Assembly (NCBI GenBank): GCA_964526075.1
Contig: CAZGIA010000004.1
Coordinates: forward strand, 1-24,994
Length of the DNA stretch: 24,994 bases
DNA from: an uncultured Candidatus Saccharibacteria bacterium
GTDB taxonomy: Bacteria; Patescibacteriota; Minisyncoccia; Phycocordibacterales; Zambryskibacteraceae
Reading direction: 5' to 3'
The stretch's first letter is position 1. Each line of letters opens with the position of its first letter. Positions 23,905 to 24,994 of this stretch are shown one piece after another. The notes under the pieces are model-generated. The model was not told the origin of the DNA, made no database searches, and saw nothing but the letters and a program-made list of their open reading frames with translations. The position numbers and the translations under genes are program-made.

Positions 23905-24417
23905 ATGGAAACACTTAAACAAAAAACAAAGACATTAGAGGGATACAAAAATTCTATGCAGAAGCCTAAGATTACAAAGGTGGTAGTTTCGACTGGTGTT
24001 GGTTCATTTAAAGACAAGAATAAATTCAAGATAGTTGAAGATCGTCTGGCACGTATCACTGGTCAGAAAGCAGCTCCACGTAGTGCCAAGGTCTCGATTG
24101 CAACTTTTAAGAGTCGTGAGGGTGATGTAGTGGGGTATCAGGTCACCCTCCGTGGGAAGAGGATGCATGATTTCCTTGAACGCCTTATCCATTTAGCCCT
24201 TCCTCGTACCAAGGATTTCCGTGGCATCAACATCTCTGGGGCTGATGAAATGGGGAATCTTACTATAGGGATCAAGGAACATAGTATTTTTCCAGAAACT
24301 ACTGATGAGGAGCTCAAAGATATCTTTGGCTTTGCTGTGACAGTGGTTACAACTGCCAAGAGTAAGGAAGAAGTCTTAAAATTCTTAACCCATCTTGGCT
24401 TTCCGTTTAAGAAATAA
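23905..24417 (+). CDS. rplE: 50S ribosomal protein L5
   Basis: PKITKVVVSTGVG..ITGQK..VTLRGKRM..LPRTKDFRG..IFPE. Confidence 0.96.
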   Translation: METLKQKTKTLEGYKNSMQKPKITKVVVSTGVGSFKDKNKFKIVEDRLARITGQKAAPRSAKVSIATFKSREGDVVGYQVTLRGKRMHDFLERLIHLALPRTKDFRGINISGADEMGNLTIGIKEHSIFPETTDEELKDIFGFAVTVVTTAKSKEEVLKFLTHLGFPFKK

Positions 24418-24440
24418 TGTGTTAGAATCTCGTCGCTTAT

Positions 24441-24626
24441 ATGGCCAAAACATCAGTAATCGCAAGAAGTAAAAAGAAGCCCAAGTTTCAAACTAGGGCT
24501 ACTAATCGTTGTTTTCGCTGTGGTCGTGGTCGAGGCTATATGAGAGATTTTGATCTCTGTAGAATTTGTTTTCGTGAACTTGCAAATGAAGGTAAGATTC
24601 CAGGGGTTAAGAAGGCTTCCTGGTAG
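24441..24626 (+). CDS. rpsN: 30S ribosomal protein S14, Zn-binding (type Z)
   Basis: [17 protein letters not shown]. Confidence 0.96.
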   Translation: MAKTSVIARSKKKPKFQTRATNRCFRCGRGRGYMRDFDLCRICFRELANEGKIPGVKKASW

Positions 24627-24653
24627 TTCGATAAACTCACTATAAATATTTAT

Positions 24654-24994
24654 ATGGATCAAATTTCTAATTTCATCATCAAGCTAAAAAATGCAGGCAA
24701 TGCTGGAGCCGAGAGTGTTACTATGCCTGCCTCCAAACTCAAACTTTCTATTGCTGAGGTTTTGAAGAAAGAGGGTTTCGTGAAGGGTTGTGCTCAGAAG
24801 TCTGAGAAGGGAAGACCAGTTATTCTTGTCTCACTTTTTTCAGAGAATCGTGTTCCGAAAATCAAGGGTGTGAAGCGAATTTCTAAACCTTCTAAACGCA
24901 TTTACAAGAAAGCTACCGAATTACGTTCAGTAAAAAATGGTTATGGGGCACTCATCCTCTCTACTTCTCTAGGGGTGATGACAGGTAAGCAGGC
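24654..24994 (+). CDS. rpsH: 30S ribosomal protein S8 (partial, runs off the window)
   Basis: MDQISNFIIKLKNA..SKLKLSIAEVLKKEGFV..RISKPSKRIY..ILSTSLGVMT. Confidence 0.95.
   Translation, partial: MDQISNFIIKLKNAGNAGAESVTMPASKLKLSIAEVLKKEGFVKGCAQKSEKGRPVILVSLFSENRVPKIKGVKRISKPSKRIYKKATELRSVKNGYGALILSTSLGVMTGKQ

Noticed and set aside
1-24994. Alternative genetic code (TGA=Gly, as in Gracilibacteria/Absconditabacteria)
   Set aside because: recJ and the conserved ORFs read through fully in code 11 without internal TGA, and TGA ends recJ at the expected length.
1-24994. tRNA, rRNA, integrase or transposase genes
   Set aside because: No cloverleaf, rRNA-like tract or recombinase motif was recognised.

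Overview
This window looks like a Patescibacteria/CPR (Parcubacteria-like) chromosome segment in genetic code 11; the lineage is inferred from gene content, reduced ribosomal proteins and SD-less starts. Bases 1-7.9 kb hold a HIT protein, a secreted Cys-rich protein, recJ, rnhA, a split ComEC (membrane part and MBL part separated by an antisense SOD), a PaaX/Cas2-like wHTH gene, rpmB and a site-2 protease. Bases 8.1-25 kb hold the str/S10/spc ribosomal cluster, which is repeatedly interrupted. Four self-contained promoter-ORFan-hairpin cassettes sit before rpsL, fusA, tuf and mazE. A four-helix-bundle (TIGR02436-like) gene follows rpsG. A 4-kb block (ORFan, MazEF, rplJ-rplL, HTH-NTase, MscS-like) splits rplB from rpsS. 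The most notable unexplained structures are: (1) two matched 38-bp palindromes bracketing the PaaX/Cas2-like gene; (2) the four GC-rich ORFan cassettes with a shared architecture; (3) 7- and 9-nt periodic repeats at gene ends, including near-identical tails on L4 and L22; (4) a dispersed TTCGA..CTCA element directly after stop codons; (5) a recurrent leaderless start geometry (-10 box, 6 nt, ATG). All analysis was by eye and no database searches were run.
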